This document shows positions 61,696 to 64,000 of a stretch of DNA of 64,000 nt, one piece after another. Position numbers and translations under genes: made by a program. Numbering within the stretch: position 1 is the first letter of the stretch; each line of letters begins with the position of its first letter. A model generated the notes under the pieces. The model ran no database searches and was not told where the DNA came from. It saw only the letters and a list, made by a program, of their open reading frames with translations. The stretch covers positions 1,152,001-1,216,000 of the forward strand of contig CAVWLP010000003.1 of assembly GCA_963755915.1 (NCBI GenBank). Reading direction: 5' to 3'. The DNA comes from an uncultured Phycisphaerales bacterium (GTDB taxonomy: Bacteria; Planctomycetota; Phycisphaerae; Tepidisphaerales; Tepidisphaeraceae).

Positions 61696-63775
61696 ATGTC
61701 GGCTGGATACTTTTTGGCTGAAATTCTGGAAACGCGGAGGCTCCTGAGCGCTGCGGCGCCGAGCATTTTCATCGCGTCCGACAAAACCATCGGGCAATAC
61801 ACGAGCTTCGGCACAACCGTCAATGCGGCAATCGCCAGTACCGGAACGATGGAAAGCTTCGCGGTCGCGGGGGACGATGTTTTTTATCCGACCTCGGGCG
61901 GAGTTGCGGCTTATGACTTTGCGACGGAAGCGACAACCGACTCGCTCATCGGCGGGTTAAACGGGGCTGTCGCGGTGGCTGTTTATGGATCTGATCTTTT
62001 TGTCGCGACGTCGAGCGGGACGATCGGCGAGTACACGACATCGGGGAGAACAATCAATTCATCCCTGATCACGGGCCTGGCCTCCGACGGCACGACGCAG
62101 CCGCTGGATCTGGCGGTTTCGGGGTCGGGCATTTTTGTGCTCACGTCGCAATCTGATCCGAATATGTCGAAGGTAGCGCTGGGCACAATCGCGCAGTACA
62201 CAATGTCGGGGGTTTTGGTCAATGCCTCGGTGGTTTCGAATATTGCGATCAAAGGGGGGAGCATCACGGCGCTGGGGGCGGCAATTTTTATCGCCAACGG
62301 CACGGTGGTGAGCGAGTACACCAGCGCGGGGGCGGAGGTGAGCAGCGACCTGACGCGTGGGGCGTACTTTCCGACGGCGGTAGCGATCTATAACAGCGAC
62401 CTGTATATCACGACGAACACGGGGGTGAGCGAATACACCATTTCCGGGCAGCCACTTGCTTTGAATCTCATCAACGGGTTGACGGAGCCGACGTTCCTGG
62501 CGGTGGGGGCGACGCCGGGTCCGGTCGCCCAACTGGTGTTCGATCAGCAGCCGACAGTCGATCAGTTCGCGGGTGTGGCGATCAGCTCGCCTATCACGGT
62601 GGATGTGGAAGACGCAAACGGCAATCTGGTGACGAGCGATTCTTCGACGGTCTCGATTTATATCGCGTCGGGGCCGACGGGGGCGAATCTGACGGGATCG
62701 GTTTCGGCGTCGGCGCAAGTGGTGAACGGGGTTGCGGTGTTTACCGACGTGATCCCCAACCTCGCGGGCAGTTACACGTTTAAGGCGATTGACGGCTCGC
62801 TGACTGCTTACTCCGGCGCGGTTCAGGTGATCTCGGGCTCGGTCGACGTTGCAAACTGGGGAGAGATTTCGGGGTGGGCGTATGATCCGTCAACTCCGTC
62901 GTCGCCGATTAACGTGGAGGTGGTGATTTCCGGCGGCCCGGAGCAGCCGCAGGTGTTTTCCGCGGATCAGACTGCGCACGGATCTGGAATCGGTGCTGGG
63001 ATCGGAGGATCATGGGTTCGATTACTCGCCGCCGTTTTTGAGCGTGGGGAGCCATACCATCAGCGTGTGGGCGATCCAGGACAACGGGGATGGGGTTCTG
63101 ATCGGCACGGGGACGATCGTGAGCCAGAACTCGCTGTTTGATGAAGGGTATTATTTGCGAGAATATCCGAACGTGGCGGCGGCAGTGAGCGCTGGGCAGT
63201 TTGCGACGGGGTACGATCAATATCTCCAGTATTGGCAGTACGAGGGGTTTAGCCCATCGCCCTACTGGGATGAGAGCTGGTATCTGCAGGAGAATCCCGA
63301 TGTGGCGGCCGCGGTGAGGGCGGGGACAGTGAGCTCCGGGTTTATGCAATATTACCAGTACGGGCAATACGAGGGGCGGGGCGGACTTCTTTACTTCAAC
63401 CCGGCGTATTATTTGGAGACTTATCCCGACGTTGCGGCGGCGGTACGGGCGGGGACGATCACGCCGTTTGAGCATTACCTGCTGTATGGTCAGTATGAAG
63501 GGCGGAGCCCGATGCTGTATTTCTCTGCCGCTGTCTGCGATGCGGACAATGCGGAAATTCTTAGCTCCGTCAGCGGGGAGTCACTGACTTCGGATTTTGA
63601 TTGGTTTATCGAATATGGGCAGTATGAGGGGGCGGTTGGGTCGAATTATTTCAACGAACACATTTATTTGGAGAACAATCCGGATGTGGTCGCGGCCGTT
63701 GAGGCTGGGGAATTTGCGGATGGTTTCCAGCATTGGCTGGAGTTTGGGCAGTATGAGGGGCGGACGGCGGTTTGA
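61696..63775 (+). CDS. Planctomycete-type secreted protein: propeller-like repeats, Ig-like region and C-terminal YL..YPDVAAAV..G repeats (frameshift near 62975)
   Basis: EILETRRLLS motif; repeated (I/V)xEYTxSG units; ~5 repeats YLxxxPDVAAAVxAG...YGQYEGR; start uncertain (ORF open from 61657). Confidence 0.75.
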
Positions 63776-63820
63776 GGGAATTGGCCGGTGAGGGGGCGGG
63801 GGGCAATTGTCGAACTGAAT

Positions 63821-63862
63821 AAGGGGACGTCACTGATTGCGTAATCTGTGATTTTCCCTTTT
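63821..63862. repeat. Degenerate GGGGAC-type palindrome
   Basis: AAGGGGACGTCACTGATT gcgt AATCTGTGATTTTCCCTTT. Confidence 0.55.
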
Positions 63863-64000
63863 TCGTTTCCGCGGTTTGTTTCCCTGGGTGAGTGGAACGG
63901 CGAGCAAGCTCGCCGGCTACACGGCCCTCACCCCTGCCCTCTCCCAGAGTACTGGGAGAGGGGGAAAGATAGGGGAGAGGCGGAGCAAGATTCGCCGTAT

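Overview
GC-rich bacterial window, most likely Planctomycetota, class Phycisphaerae/Tepidisphaerales. This is an inference from the prepilin-N/H-X9-DG proteins, dockerin-PEP-CTERM proteins and a LExRRLLS signal motif. No rRNA, tRNA or CRISPR array was seen. 1-21 kb is an accessory region. It holds an aldo/keto reductase, mug and a MEDS/PAS-kinase/two-response-regulator module. That module is split by a three-layer nest: a REP palindrome containing a 289-bp MITE with a 6-bp TSD, which in turn contains an IS1111-type IS110 whose downstream non-coding RNA carries readable target and donor guides. An ergothioneine cassette (egtB, egtD, betaine-type ABC transporter, disulfide reductase, MOSC-reductase) is bracketed by ~240-bp inverted repeats, one of them interrupted by IS4. 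21-36.5 kb holds surface, pilin-like and redox genes, NRAMP, and an operon in which a PEP-CTERM surface protein continues in frame into a prepilin-like protein (apparent polyprotein), beside a TiaS-like protein and a small membrane protein. 36.7-55 kb is a beta-galactan utilisation locus (3x GH53, 2x GH2, PEP-CTERM proteins, a pilin-like protein) with a XylR-type regulator and four matching tandem operator/promoter sites; it is interrupted by a group II intron inserted in a palindrome. 55-64 kb holds a serpin, GT87, GT2, an HNH pair, a second IS4 and a repeat-rich secreted protein. About 16 small frameshifts, mostly in G/C runs, look like long-read assembly errors. All family assignments are by eye from motifs; no database search was run.
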